DNA of 50,310 nt. Source: a virus (taxonomy: Duplodnaviria > Caudoviricetes). Numbering within the stretch: position 1 is the stretch's first letter; every line of letters begins with the position of its first letter. Below the pieces are notes generated by a model. That model was not told the DNA's origin. It made no database searches and was given only the letters and a program-made list of their open reading frames with translations. A program made the translations under genes and the position numbers. The stretch is from the IMG/VR virus record IMGVR_UViG_3300024331_000001, positions 1 through 50,310 of that record; one strand, written 5' to 3'. Below, piece after piece: positions 8,519 through 16,866 of the stretch.

Positions 8519-10516
8519 ATGCCATTCGTATCCAATATGAACGACGAGGACCAAAACAAGCAGAACCAGCCGCAAGGTTCTCAGGGAGTGGTGTCTCCTA
8601 GCGGGGGAGGCGGAGCAGTGCGTCTAGCTCCTTCTGCTGCGGTTCCTGCTGGTGGCGCTGGTTCAGGTGGTGTAACGGGTACAGGTCCTGCGTCAGCCGG
8701 TGGTCAGTTTGCATCCATGGGTCAGTATTTGAAAGCCAATATGAGCAATGCCGAGCCATTGGCCGGTAAGTTGACAGCTGGTATTGGTCAAGAGTATCAA
8801 GGTTTAGAAGGACAAAATCAAGCGGCTCTTTCTAGCATTGGAAATCAAGTCTCAGCTCAACCTGATTATTCTAAAGCCAATGATACAATCGCTCAAGAAG
8901 CCGCTAATCCTACGTCTTTCGCGGGAGATCAAGGCAACGTAGCATCATTTCAAAATTTACTGAAGGCGTCTTATAATGGCCCTACTTCTGCGGAAAGCAC
9001 CAGTGATTATGCCAACCAACAGGCGGCCATCAATAAGTCTATCGCTCAAGGTCAGGATGCAACGCAGACGGAAGGTGGTAGGGAAAATTTATTAGCCAAA
9101 AATGAAGCCAAGCCTACCACTGGGGTGACCGCGTTGAACAGTGCTATCCTTTCCAAGAGCCCAACGGCACTGGCGTCTGTGGAAAATGCGTATCAACCGT
9201 TTCAAAACTTGCTTACTGGTCTCCAGAGTGGAGCTACGGCGCAAAATAAGGCCATCGCAGATAAACAAGCACAAGCTGCAACAGCTAAACAAACAGCTAC
9301 CGACGCTTTGAATTCTCAGATAACCGGCTTAAATACCTCGGTAGGTAACGAATTGACCACAGCTCAGCAGAAGCTGGCAGCTCAGAACGCCCAGATCAAA
9401 TCAGAGCTTGCGGCAGGAGCGCCCAGTGATGGAACCTTACAGGCTCTCGGTGTGACACGAGATCAATGGAACTCTCTATCAGCGGCTCAAAAAGCGGCTG
9501 CTACTCCCCAAGATGTTTATTCTAACCAGCATCAATTTGGAGCTACCACAGGCACTTCGAACATCGATCTTGCGGGTTTCTTGAATCAGAATGATCCAAA
9601 CAATGTTCTTAACGCCGGCAATGTGGCAACTAAAGCAGACTATGATAAAGCTGCCGCGTTTCAATCGCTTCTTGGAGGCTTAGATTTGGCTACGCCTACG
9701 ATGGCCATCAATCCTACCACAGCAGCGCAAGCAGGTACAGCACCGGTCAACGCTAGCACCTTTGACTATCAGACGGCTTTAACTACGGCTCAACAGGCTA
9801 AGACTGACCAGTTAGCCGCCGCTCAAGCTTACGTGGATGCTCTACAGTCTGGTGCGGATGAAAATCATGCCCAGTTGGCTGCGCAAGATGCGGCAAAGAA
9901 AGCGGGAATGGCTCGTATAGCAGGGATTGCTCAGACTCCTTTAGCGGCCACCGGTGCAGCAGCGGCAGGCGCAGTGGGTGCAGCTAAAAACGTGGGGAGC
10001 CAGTTCTCTACGGCGCCAAGCGCAATTAAGAACATAGCGGCAAACGTTTTGACGGGTGGCTTGTCAACTCCAGCCCAAGCTATAGCCGGAGGAGTAAAGC
10101 AAGCTGTGCAAACCATCACCAATATCTTCTGCTTCCATCCAGACACCCTTATCACGATGGAAAGTGGGAGCTTATTGCCTATCCATAAGATCGTGGTTGG
10201 AGATTTGACCAAAGGCGGCAAGGTTTTGGCCACCACACGAGCCATTGGACAAGACTTCTATTGGTACAACGGTGTAGTTGTGACAGGTAAACACGCGGTA
10301 AAGGAAAACGGTACGTGGATTCGCGTAGAAAACTCTAAACTTGGCCATCAATTCAAGTATCTCACAGAAGTCGTGTGCAATCTTGTCACTGAGAAGCATA
10401 GAATCTACGCAAATGGCATAGAATTTGCCGATCAGTATGAGACAGACATGTATGAATCGCTTGATATGGATGAATCTTTAGCGGAGTTGAACAAGAATGC
10501 AAAGCATGTGGGCTGA
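8519..10516 (+). CDS. Putative ejection/internal virion protein with C-terminal Hint domain
   Basis: Ala/Gln-rich helical body; from Cys538 CFHPDTLITM...TGKH...VCNLVTEKHRIYANG matches Hint blocks A, B and F. Confidence 0.75.
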   Translation: MPFVSNMNDEDQNKQNQPQGSQGVVSPSGGGGAVRLAPSAAVPAGGAGSGGVTGTGPASAGGQFASMGQYLKANMSNAEPLAGKLTAGIGQEYQGLEGQNQAALSSIGNQVSAQPDYSKANDTIAQEAANPTSFAGDQGNVASFQNLLKASYNGPTSAESTSDYANQQAAINKSIAQGQDATQTEGGRENLLAKNEAKPTTGVTALNSAILSKSPTALASVENAYQPFQNLLTGLQSGATAQNKAIADKQAQAATAKQTATDALNSQITGLNTSVGNELTTAQQKLAAQNAQIKSELAAGAPSDGTLQALGVTRDQWNSLSAAQKAAATPQDVYSNQHQFGATTGTSNIDLAGFLNQNDPNNVLNAGNVATKADYDKAAAFQSLLGGLDLATPTMAINPTTAAQAGTAPVNASTFDYQTALTTAQQAKTDQLAAAQAYVDALQSGADENHAQLAAQDAAKKAGMARIAGIAQTPLAATGAAAAGAVGAAKNVGSQFSTAPSAIKNIAANVLTGGLSTPAQAIAGGVKQAVQTITNIFCFHPDTLITMESGSLLPIHKIVVGDLTKGGKVLATTRAIGQDFYWYNGVVVTGKHAVKENGTWIRVENSKLGHQFKYLTEVVCNLVTEKHRIYANGIEFADQYETDMYESLDMDESLAELNKNAKHVG

Positions 10517-10823
10517 TTACTTCCAAGAAAAGGGTCTCATAGTCGTTGAGACCCAACGCGGATTGATGAGTGCGTACGTAATTGGCAACGTTTGTATGGT
10601 GGACAATTTCTACGTCAAACCAGAGTATCGTGGAACAGGTTCAGCTCTTCAATTGACGCTTCAGCTTATCCAACGAGCAAAAGATCGAAACTGTAACACA
10701 TTCTGCGCTGAAATCTACAAGAGTGATCCTATGTACGATTATATCTTAAGGCTTCACAAGCATTTTGGTATGAGCGTAACAGAAGACAATGAGCACAAAA
10801 CTGTAACCTATAAGGAAATCTAA
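10497..10823 (+). CDS. GNAT-family acetyltransferase
   Basis: FYVKPEYRGTGSA resembles the acetyl-CoA-binding motif A (V.P..RG.G). Confidence 0.7.
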   Translation: MQSMWADYFQEKGLIVVETQRGLMSAYVIGNVCMVDNFYVKPEYRGTGSALQLTLQLIQRAKDRNCNTFCAEIYKSDPMYDYILRLHKHFGMSVTEDNEHKTVTYKEI

Positions 10824-10824
10824 C

Positions 10825-11097
10825 ATGCTTGATCCTAAAACACTGCTGCCGATGATTAAAAAACTCCTGCCTAATGAGTCTGATGCGGACATCATGGCAG
10901 GTATCAAAGAATTTGAAAAGGCGCATCCTGATTTAGGAAATAAAGAAGCTCTTCAAGCTCTCATCACCGCGTTGAAGCAAATGCAGAGTGGCGGTCAACA
11001 GGGACAACCTCAGCCGCCCCAGCAGCAAGTTCCAGCAGCGCCAAGTAAGCCGTTTGGTCAGAGTATGCTAGGTAGTCTTCCAACAGGAGCAAAATAA
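10825..11097 (+). CDS. Hypothetical protein
   Basis: 90 aa, coupled to neighbours, Gln/Pro-rich tail. Confidence 0.65.
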   Translation: MLDPKTLLPMIKKLLPNESDADIMAGIKEFEKAHPDLGNKEALQALITALKQMQSGGQQGQPQPPQQQVPAAPSKPFGQSMLGSLPTGAK

Positions 11098-12374
11098 TGG
11101 GATTTTTAGATAGCATCACCGGCTCAGCCGATAATTCAGCTCAAGAGTATTTGAAACAAGCTCTTGCAGCTTATAACAATGTAAACGTTCCGACCGTTGC
11201 GTCTGAACAGGTTAACGAGTTGCCCATGCAGACGGTGCAGGGTACTGTTAATCCTCAAAACATAGCGGTGGCAGAACAGGCTCCGTCTGAGTACAACAAC
11301 ATCTCTCTTGATCCTACCACGCGAGCAGCTCAGATGTCCGCGTTACAGTCATATATGGACATAGCTAATTCTGGCGGATTGGACGCAGAGTCTAAGTTGG
11401 CCATCCAGCAAGCGATAGATGCCGCAAACAACCAATCTAGAGGTGATCAAGGCGCTATCATGAACGCTGCCCAGGCAATGGGTCAAGGCGGCGGTGATTT
11501 TGCCTTAACACAACGCGCTATCGCGTCTCAAGGAGCTTCTAACAACGCAGCTAATCAGGGAATGCAAGCGGCAGCGATGGCTGAAGCCAATAGAGAAGCA
11601 GCTCTTAACGCCATGGCGAATATCGGTGGCGGTATCAACGCAGCTGATTATAATCAAGCGGCAGCAAAAGCAGCGTCACAGAATACAATCAATGCTACCA
11701 ATACTGGAGCTAGGAACGCAGCTAACACAGGCAATGTAGCCAACCAGATACAGACAGGTGAGTTTAACGTAGGTAACGCTCAGAACGTAAATGCAGCTAA
11801 CACGGCGGCTGGTCAGAACAAGGTGTATTACAATGCTGGGTTGCCGCAGCAAAAGTTTAACAATGAGCTCGCAAAAGCATCTGGCGTGGCTGGCGTCAGC
11901 AACAACCAGGCTACCGCAGCTCAGAACGCTACGAACGCCAACAACGCCTTTACTGGTTCTTTACTTGGTACCGCCGGTACAGTAGCAGCTACAGCTTTAG
12001 GTGGTCCGGCTGCTGGAGTGATGGCGAACCAAACGTTGAAACCAAAACCAGTTATGGTGAGCAACAACGCCTCCGCAGGAGTTAACGCAGCTCACGGTGG
12101 ATACATGTGCTACGCCGACGGCGGAGTGACGCATGACCACGGCATCTGTATGAAATTAGGTGGACATGTTGGAGGCGAAGCTGAAGTACCTGGAGATAGT
12201 GAGCAGAACGACACAATCCCAGCCATGCTTAGTCCCGGAGAGCTCGTGATTCCGCGCTCTGTGCCGAAAGATGGACGACATATGGAAGAATTTGCTCGAA
12301 ACGCTCCAGTACATGGTACTGACAAGAAAGTAGACCTCACTGGCTTTACCAGTGGGTACAAAAGGAGTCGCTAA
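11097..12374 (+). CDS. Putative ejection (pilot-like) protein
   Basis: Ala/Asn/Gln-rich; C-terminal GG-rich segment ending DTIPAMLSPGELVIP resembles a module I recall from virion/tape-measure proteins. Confidence 0.6.
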   Translation: MGFLDSITGSADNSAQEYLKQALAAYNNVNVPTVASEQVNELPMQTVQGTVNPQNIAVAEQAPSEYNNISLDPTTRAAQMSALQSYMDIANSGGLDAESKLAIQQAIDAANNQSRGDQGAIMNAAQAMGQGGGDFALTQRAIASQGASNNAANQGMQAAAMAEANREAALNAMANIGGGINAADYNQAAAKAASQNTINATNTGARNAANTGNVANQIQTGEFNVGNAQNVNAANTAAGQNKVYYNAGLPQQKFNNELAKASGVAGVSNNQATAAQNATNANNAFTGSLLGTAGTVAATALGGPAAGVMANQTLKPKPVMVSNNASAGVNAAHGGYMCYADGGVTHDHGICMKLGGHVGGEAEVPGDSEQNDTIPAMLSPGELVIPRSVPKDGRHMEEFARNAPVHGTDKKVDLTGFTSGYKRSR

Positions 12375-12375
12375 C

Positions 12376-14058
12376 ATGCCTCTTTCCCACGGAAAATCAA
12401 AAGAAGCTATCAGCAAGAACATCAAGACAGAGGTTGAAGCTGGCAAACCGCAGGATCAAGCGGTGGCCATTGCTCTCAACACGGCTCGAGAAGCTGGAGC
12501 TCATATCCCCAAACCAAAGATGGCCGAAGGTGGGAAGGTGGAACGTACGTCCTTAGAACATCAAGAACCGAATGCCATGATGGCGCGCGCTATGGCTGAT
12601 GGCGGCGTTTGGCTTCAAAATGAAACTCCTGAGACAGTGAAAAAGGCTACGCACGTCGAAGGCGCACAGCCGACTGAAACGACTACCACTGGAGACGGCA
12701 CAAACGAAGGCATCGCTCGAATGGATAAAGGTGGCTATCCTCACGTCACGTTTTTAGAAAATGTCAGCACGCCTGAAATGAAGAAAACGGTTCATCTAGA
12801 AGACCCTTCCGGTGCTCATGAAGGCCATATAACTAAGGGCCATGAGGAAAACTACGCCAAAGGCGGAACCATCCACAAGGCTGAAGATCGGAACAAAGAA
12901 CCTTCCAAACCAGCAGATATCAACATGTCTCACGAGGCAAAATTGGCTGAGATTTATAAAGCGATGGGCATCCAGAAGTACGCGGACGGTGGGATTACGC
13001 CACAGGCAGCGCCTGCTGACCCCCTGGGGATGCCCCCGCAAAGCGATCCTACGTACTGGGATCAGATAAAGGCCGCCCTAGCCCAGGTAGCTAGCCCCGT
13101 GACCAAACCGATAGGAGCCATCAATGATGTGGTCGCAGGCGCTGCTAAAGCGGCCGCTCCAGCTGCTCCCGCTGTCGTTTCTGCGCTCAATAACCTGACT
13201 GGGGCATCCTTGCCCGTTCCGGCCGCTCCAGCTCCTCAAACGTCAGATTTGGCCGCTTCTGCGCCAGCTCCTGTCGCGCCTCCGGTCTTGCCGCCTGCGG
13301 CCCCAGCCCATCCCCCGGTGGCTGCCGCCCCGGCCACTGATGGTACGGCGAGCACTTTGAAGAATCTTTTCAATCAGGACACGTCTAAGCTAACCGAGGG
13401 AGTCAATCCTGAAGATAGACAAGCTTTAGCTAGCAAAATGGAAGGCTCACAACGCGGTATTGGCTCCATCGTGGCCGAAGCTGTGGCTGGTCTTGGAGAC
13501 GCCCTGGCTGCAAAAGGCGGAAGAGAGCAACATTCATTAAAGGATATCTTTTCAATGCAAAAACAGCAACGAGATGAGGCGTTAGCCAATTTCGATGCAG
13601 CGAGACAGCAGCGTTTGCAAAAACTGGACCTGCAAACCAAGATGGGGAATAACTTTATCAATCAACTGGCGGCTCAAGATGCCTATGGCATTGATGAACA
13701 TCTCAACAAACAACTTGGCGCTCCTCCGGGCACTGCGCATAAAGACCTTCCGTTATATATGCAGATGATGACAGCCCAGGTGGCACAGCAAGAAAAAGAT
13801 GCCGATCTCTACATGAAAGCCCATGCACAGGCGGCCAACGATGTGGACTCAGCTATCAAAAATGCTAGTGTTTTCAACATAAAACCAAGCCCTGCGCAGA
13901 TTCAAGCGAGCGGAGCAAAGCTGGCCGATCAGTATTATCACAAGGCTAAAGGCAGCATACTTTTCCAGCCGTCAGACGGACAGAAACCTGTCTGGATTCC
14001 GGCGGCGAACATTCAAAAAGCGAAACAGATGGACCCGCACGGACAAATCGTTCAATAA
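12376..14058 (+). CDS. Putative ejection/internal virion protein with repeated [M/Y]xxGG motifs
   Basis: ATG 12376 with AAGGAG RBS; N-terminus MPLSHGKSKEAISKNI...QAVAIAL resembles a small phage domain; five GG motifs and a Pro/Ala linker. Confidence 0.6.
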   Translation: MPLSHGKSKEAISKNIKTEVEAGKPQDQAVAIALNTAREAGAHIPKPKMAEGGKVERTSLEHQEPNAMMARAMADGGVWLQNETPETVKKATHVEGAQPTETTTTGDGTNEGIARMDKGGYPHVTFLENVSTPEMKKTVHLEDPSGAHEGHITKGHEENYAKGGTIHKAEDRNKEPSKPADINMSHEAKLAEIYKAMGIQKYADGGITPQAAPADPLGMPPQSDPTYWDQIKAALAQVASPVTKPIGAINDVVAGAAKAAAPAAPAVVSALNNLTGASLPVPAAPAPQTSDLAASAPAPVAPPVLPPAAPAHPPVAAAPATDGTASTLKNLFNQDTSKLTEGVNPEDRQALASKMEGSQRGIGSIVAEAVAGLGDALAAKGGREQHSLKDIFSMQKQQRDEALANFDAARQQRLQKLDLQTKMGNNFINQLAAQDAYGIDEHLNKQLGAPPGTAHKDLPLYMQMMTAQVAQQEKDADLYMKAHAQAANDVDSAIKNASVFNIKPSPAQIQASGAKLADQYYHKAKGSILFQPSDGQKPVWIPAANIQKAKQMDPHGQIVQ

Positions 14059-14070
14059 AGGAACTCAAAC

Positions 14071-15957
14071 ATGGCCATGGATTTTACAGCGTTACAAGGT
14101 GTTCCATCGGAAACAGGTCATCTAGACTTCTCTGCTATCGGTGGCGTTCCTGCCGTGGGTGGTGGACCGTCTGCGGAAGATGAAACATCTGCTCTTGGAG
14201 CGGCAGGACGCGGAGCTGTTGGGGTGCTTCCTCTTGGCAAACAAGCATACGCCGCTGTTGCTGGCGCCGCAGAGAACAAGCCGTATCTGCAAGAACGCCA
14301 AGAATTAGAGAAAGAGATTGAAGCAGATATCGCCAATCATCCAGCTGCAAGACTGGGTGGACAAGTGGCTGGTGTTGTGGCTCCAGCCTTGCTTACCGGC
14401 GGTGCAAGCACGCTTGGTGGTACTATTGCCGAAGGCGCCGCGATGGGCGCAGGATTTGGAGCAGGAAACGCTATTGATACGCTTGCTAGTGGGGGAAGTG
14501 GAGCGAAGGCGGCAGGAGATGTTGCATTAGGAACACTTGCTGGCGGAGCGGGTGGAGCAGCGGGAAGAGCGGCAGGAAATCTTATCGGTAAAGCTGCTAG
14601 CCCATTTGTTAACTCACAGGATGAGCTGATGGCCGAAGCTACAGCTGGTATCTTAGGTGGCACAACGCGGCAGATTCGTTCTCTACCGGGCAAGAATCCG
14701 GTGCAAACCTTGACTAAGTTAGGCTCCGATATGGCTAAGTATCATGTTAATGGTGAACCTCTGATCCAAGTTACAGATCAAATGCCGGCGCGCTTGGATA
14801 AGTTCATAGCACTCCAGAAACAGGCCGGTCAAACCATCGGTGATACGATTAAGAGCTCCAATGTTGAACCTATAGCGGCAAAACCTATCATCGATGAGCT
14901 TGGGACAGCCCTTAAGTTTGCTACGCCAGACGATCAGGTGCAAATGCAGGCTGTCATGAATCAAATCAATCAATATGCAGAAAAAGACGGTACTATCCCA
15001 TTTGACCGACTTCAACAGCTGAAGGGTGAATTGGGCGACAGAGCGTTTCATGGTCAAGGCGATCCAGTCCTTCAAGCCGCCTATCATACTGTCAGCGATG
15101 TCCAAGATCGTGAATTAGAGAAGGTTTCATCGGTTATCAATAAACCTGCGTTTGACGACGCTAAGAACGCTTATCAAATGACATCTAGAGCAATTCCTAT
15201 GCTCCGCATGGCTGTTTCTAAAGAAGTAGGCGGTAAGACTAACATGGTAGTGCCAGGAGCTGCGTTGCTTAGCGGGCATCCGCTGGTTGCAGCTGGAGCG
15301 TTGGCTAAGAACCGTCTTTCTCAAATGGGAAGCGGCGCGATGTTTAAAGGCCTACAGAACATACCAGAAAACGCTGGAGCTATAGCTGAAGCGCTACCAG
15401 GTAAAGCTGGCGCCCAAGCAGGCGGAGCCGCTGTACAACAGAATATGGGTGAAACGCATCCGGTGCCAGGAAAAGGTGCTCCGTCTCCGAGCGACACTCA
15501 GCCAAACAAGTTGAATATCGATCATCCTGCTCTAGCACAATGGAAACCTATGTTTCAACAGAACGCTCAGAATGCTAAGAATCCTGGAGAAGTAGAGAAA
15601 TCTCATGCGGTGACAGACTTTATCCTTAGTCAGCGTGATCCTGGCTACGCGGCCGCGAAAAAGAAAGCATCTGAAGCGCCGGTGACAGAGAATCAACCTG
15701 CGAAGATGTCAGAAGGTGGTATTATAGCAGACTTAAAAGAGAACTTTGGAAAGCCGGTGCCTGGGTTCGGCAGTACGCTTCAAGGATTGGAAAACGTAAT
15801 GAAAGGCGCTAAAAGTACGCCTGTTCCCATGGAAAACCAGTTACCTGTTCAGACAGAGAAGACGCCGAAGTTTCACGAACCATTTAATACCGACTTTGCC
15901 GATCAACTGAAGGCATTTCTAGCAGATAAGGAGAAAGACGATGCCGAGTCTAGATAA
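14071..15957 (+). CDS. Putative large ejection protein
   Basis: 628 aa with Gly/Ala-rich hydrophobic segments; last gene of the internal virion cluster. Confidence 0.6.
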   Translation: MAMDFTALQGVPSETGHLDFSAIGGVPAVGGGPSAEDETSALGAAGRGAVGVLPLGKQAYAAVAGAAENKPYLQERQELEKEIEADIANHPAARLGGQVAGVVAPALLTGGASTLGGTIAEGAAMGAGFGAGNAIDTLASGGSGAKAAGDVALGTLAGGAGGAAGRAAGNLIGKAASPFVNSQDELMAEATAGILGGTTRQIRSLPGKNPVQTLTKLGSDMAKYHVNGEPLIQVTDQMPARLDKFIALQKQAGQTIGDTIKSSNVEPIAAKPIIDELGTALKFATPDDQVQMQAVMNQINQYAEKDGTIPFDRLQQLKGELGDRAFHGQGDPVLQAAYHTVSDVQDRELEKVSSVINKPAFDDAKNAYQMTSRAIPMLRMAVSKEVGGKTNMVVPGAALLSGHPLVAAGALAKNRLSQMGSGAMFKGLQNIPENAGAIAEALPGKAGAQAGGAAVQQNMGETHPVPGKGAPSPSDTQPNKLNIDHPALAQWKPMFQQNAQNAKNPGEVEKSHAVTDFILSQRDPGYAAAKKKASEAPVTENQPAKMSEGGIIADLKENFGKPVPGFGSTLQGLENVMKGAKSTPVPMENQLPVQTEKTPKFHEPFNTDFADQLKAFLADKEKDDAESR

Positions 15958-16147
15958 ACGCCTTACAAAGCTGGAAGACGCGATAGTCACGCATCTAACG
16001 GAATCTGGAGAAATCCGTGGGGCTATTACAACGCTCACGAGTCAAGTAAATAAGATTTCTGATAGAATGTGGTACGCACTATGGATGCTAGCAATAGGCG
16101 CGTTAGGGATCGTGGGATTTTTGTTGAAGGTGACACTGTGGAAATAG
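15941..16147 (+). CDS. Small coiled-coil plus C-terminal TM protein (holin-like candidate)
   Basis: 68 aa; hydrophobic WYALWMLAIGALGIVGFLL; upstream of the putative lysin. Confidence 0.5.
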   Translation: MPSLDKRLTKLEDAIVTHLTESGEIRGAITTLTSQVNKISDRMWYALWMLAIGALGIVGFLLKVTLWK

Positions 16148-16157
16148 GAGGTTCGGT

Positions 16158-16403
16158 ATGGAAGCGGAATCGATGGTCTGTCCTGGCTGTGGCTTTAGGA
16201 TTGAACCTATTTACATCTTCGATCGCAGCCCAAAGACCGGAAAACCCTATCTTATCGTACGCTGTCCACGCGAGCGATGCAGCTTCAACATCGACATTGA
16301 AGACTACACCGGACCCCGAAAAAAACGTGCTGAGGATAAGCCGCAGAAGTCTAAAGACATCGGCGGGGATGGAGGAAAGTCGGGTTGGCGTTTTGGCCTA
16401 TGA
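16158..16403 (+). CDS. Zinc-ribbon protein
   Basis: GGAGG RBS and ATG; CPGC...CPRERC. Confidence 0.6.
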   Translation: MEAESMVCPGCGFRIEPIYIFDRSPKTGKPYLIVRCPRERCSFNIDIEDYTGPRKKRAEDKPQKSKDIGGDGGKSGWRFGL

Positions 16404-16698
16404 GGGTAAGTTCTTAGCCTATACTCTCGAGCACGAGAGCGTTAAAATCCCACCAGGTCGTTATGCAGGCGAGCTACGATGGAGTAAGCGCTTTGGAGAG
16501 ACAGTTGTATACATTCATGTTCCGAAGCGGTCTGGAATAGAAATCCACCGTGGAAACTGTCCGGCTGACTCAGGAGGATGCGTGTTGGTGGGTACAGCAG
16601 TAGATGGTGCTTGCCTTGACAACAGTAGACAGGCACTTGAGCGTACGGTGAAGACATTACCACAGACGTTTACCGTGGTAGTAACTGAGCAAAATTGA
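16327..16698 (+). CDS. DUF5675-like protein (candidate endolysin, L,D-transpeptidase-like His/Cys)
   Basis: LRISRR...GVLAYEGKFLAYTLE...IPPGRY...IEIHRGN...GGCVLVG pattern; start uncertain (GTG 16327 chosen, frame open from 16069). Confidence 0.65.
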   Translation: MLRISRRSLKTSAGMEESRVGVLAYEGKFLAYTLEHESVKIPPGRYAGELRWSKRFGETVVYIHVPKRSGIEIHRGNCPADSGGCVLVGTAVDGACLDNSRQALERTVKTLPQTFTVVVTEQN

Positions 16699-16771
16699 TA
16701 ACAGCGTAGAAGCAAAACGCCACAGCTAGCCCGTAGAGAAACAAGATAATCAGTATAGTTCTAAGTTGCAT
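16670..16771 (-). CDS. Small single-pass membrane peptide (33 aa)
   Basis: MQLRTILIILFLYGLAVAFCFYAVINFAQLLPR with GGAGG RBS; below the ORF-track cutoff. Confidence 0.5.
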   Translation of the reverse strand: MQLRTILIILFLYGLAVAFCFYAVINFAQLLPR

Positions 16772-16866
16772 TTCTTCCTCCGATGTTCCCGCCAGATATC
16801 TACCACAAAGCACGAGAGTATCCTACCTACGAACGTTCCTAAGATAACCGCCAGAAATGTCGTCAC
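16750..16866 (-). CDS. Small single-pass membrane peptide (38 aa)
   Basis: GTG overlapping the upstream stop; MTTFLAVILGTFVGRILSCFVVDIWREHRRKK. Confidence 0.45.
   Translation of the reverse strand: MTTFLAVILGTFVGRILSCFVVDIWREHRRKKCNLELY

Noticed and set aside
10130-10516. True protein-splicing intein
   Set aside because: There is no terminal His-Asn followed by Cys/Ser/Thr and no substantial C-extein.
1665-15324. Many 60-160 aa antisense or alternate-frame ORFs inside structural genes (and similarly inside pol and primase)
   Set aside because: They are fully nested in longer motif-bearing genes and have no RBS or recognisable motifs, so they are treated as shadow ORFs.
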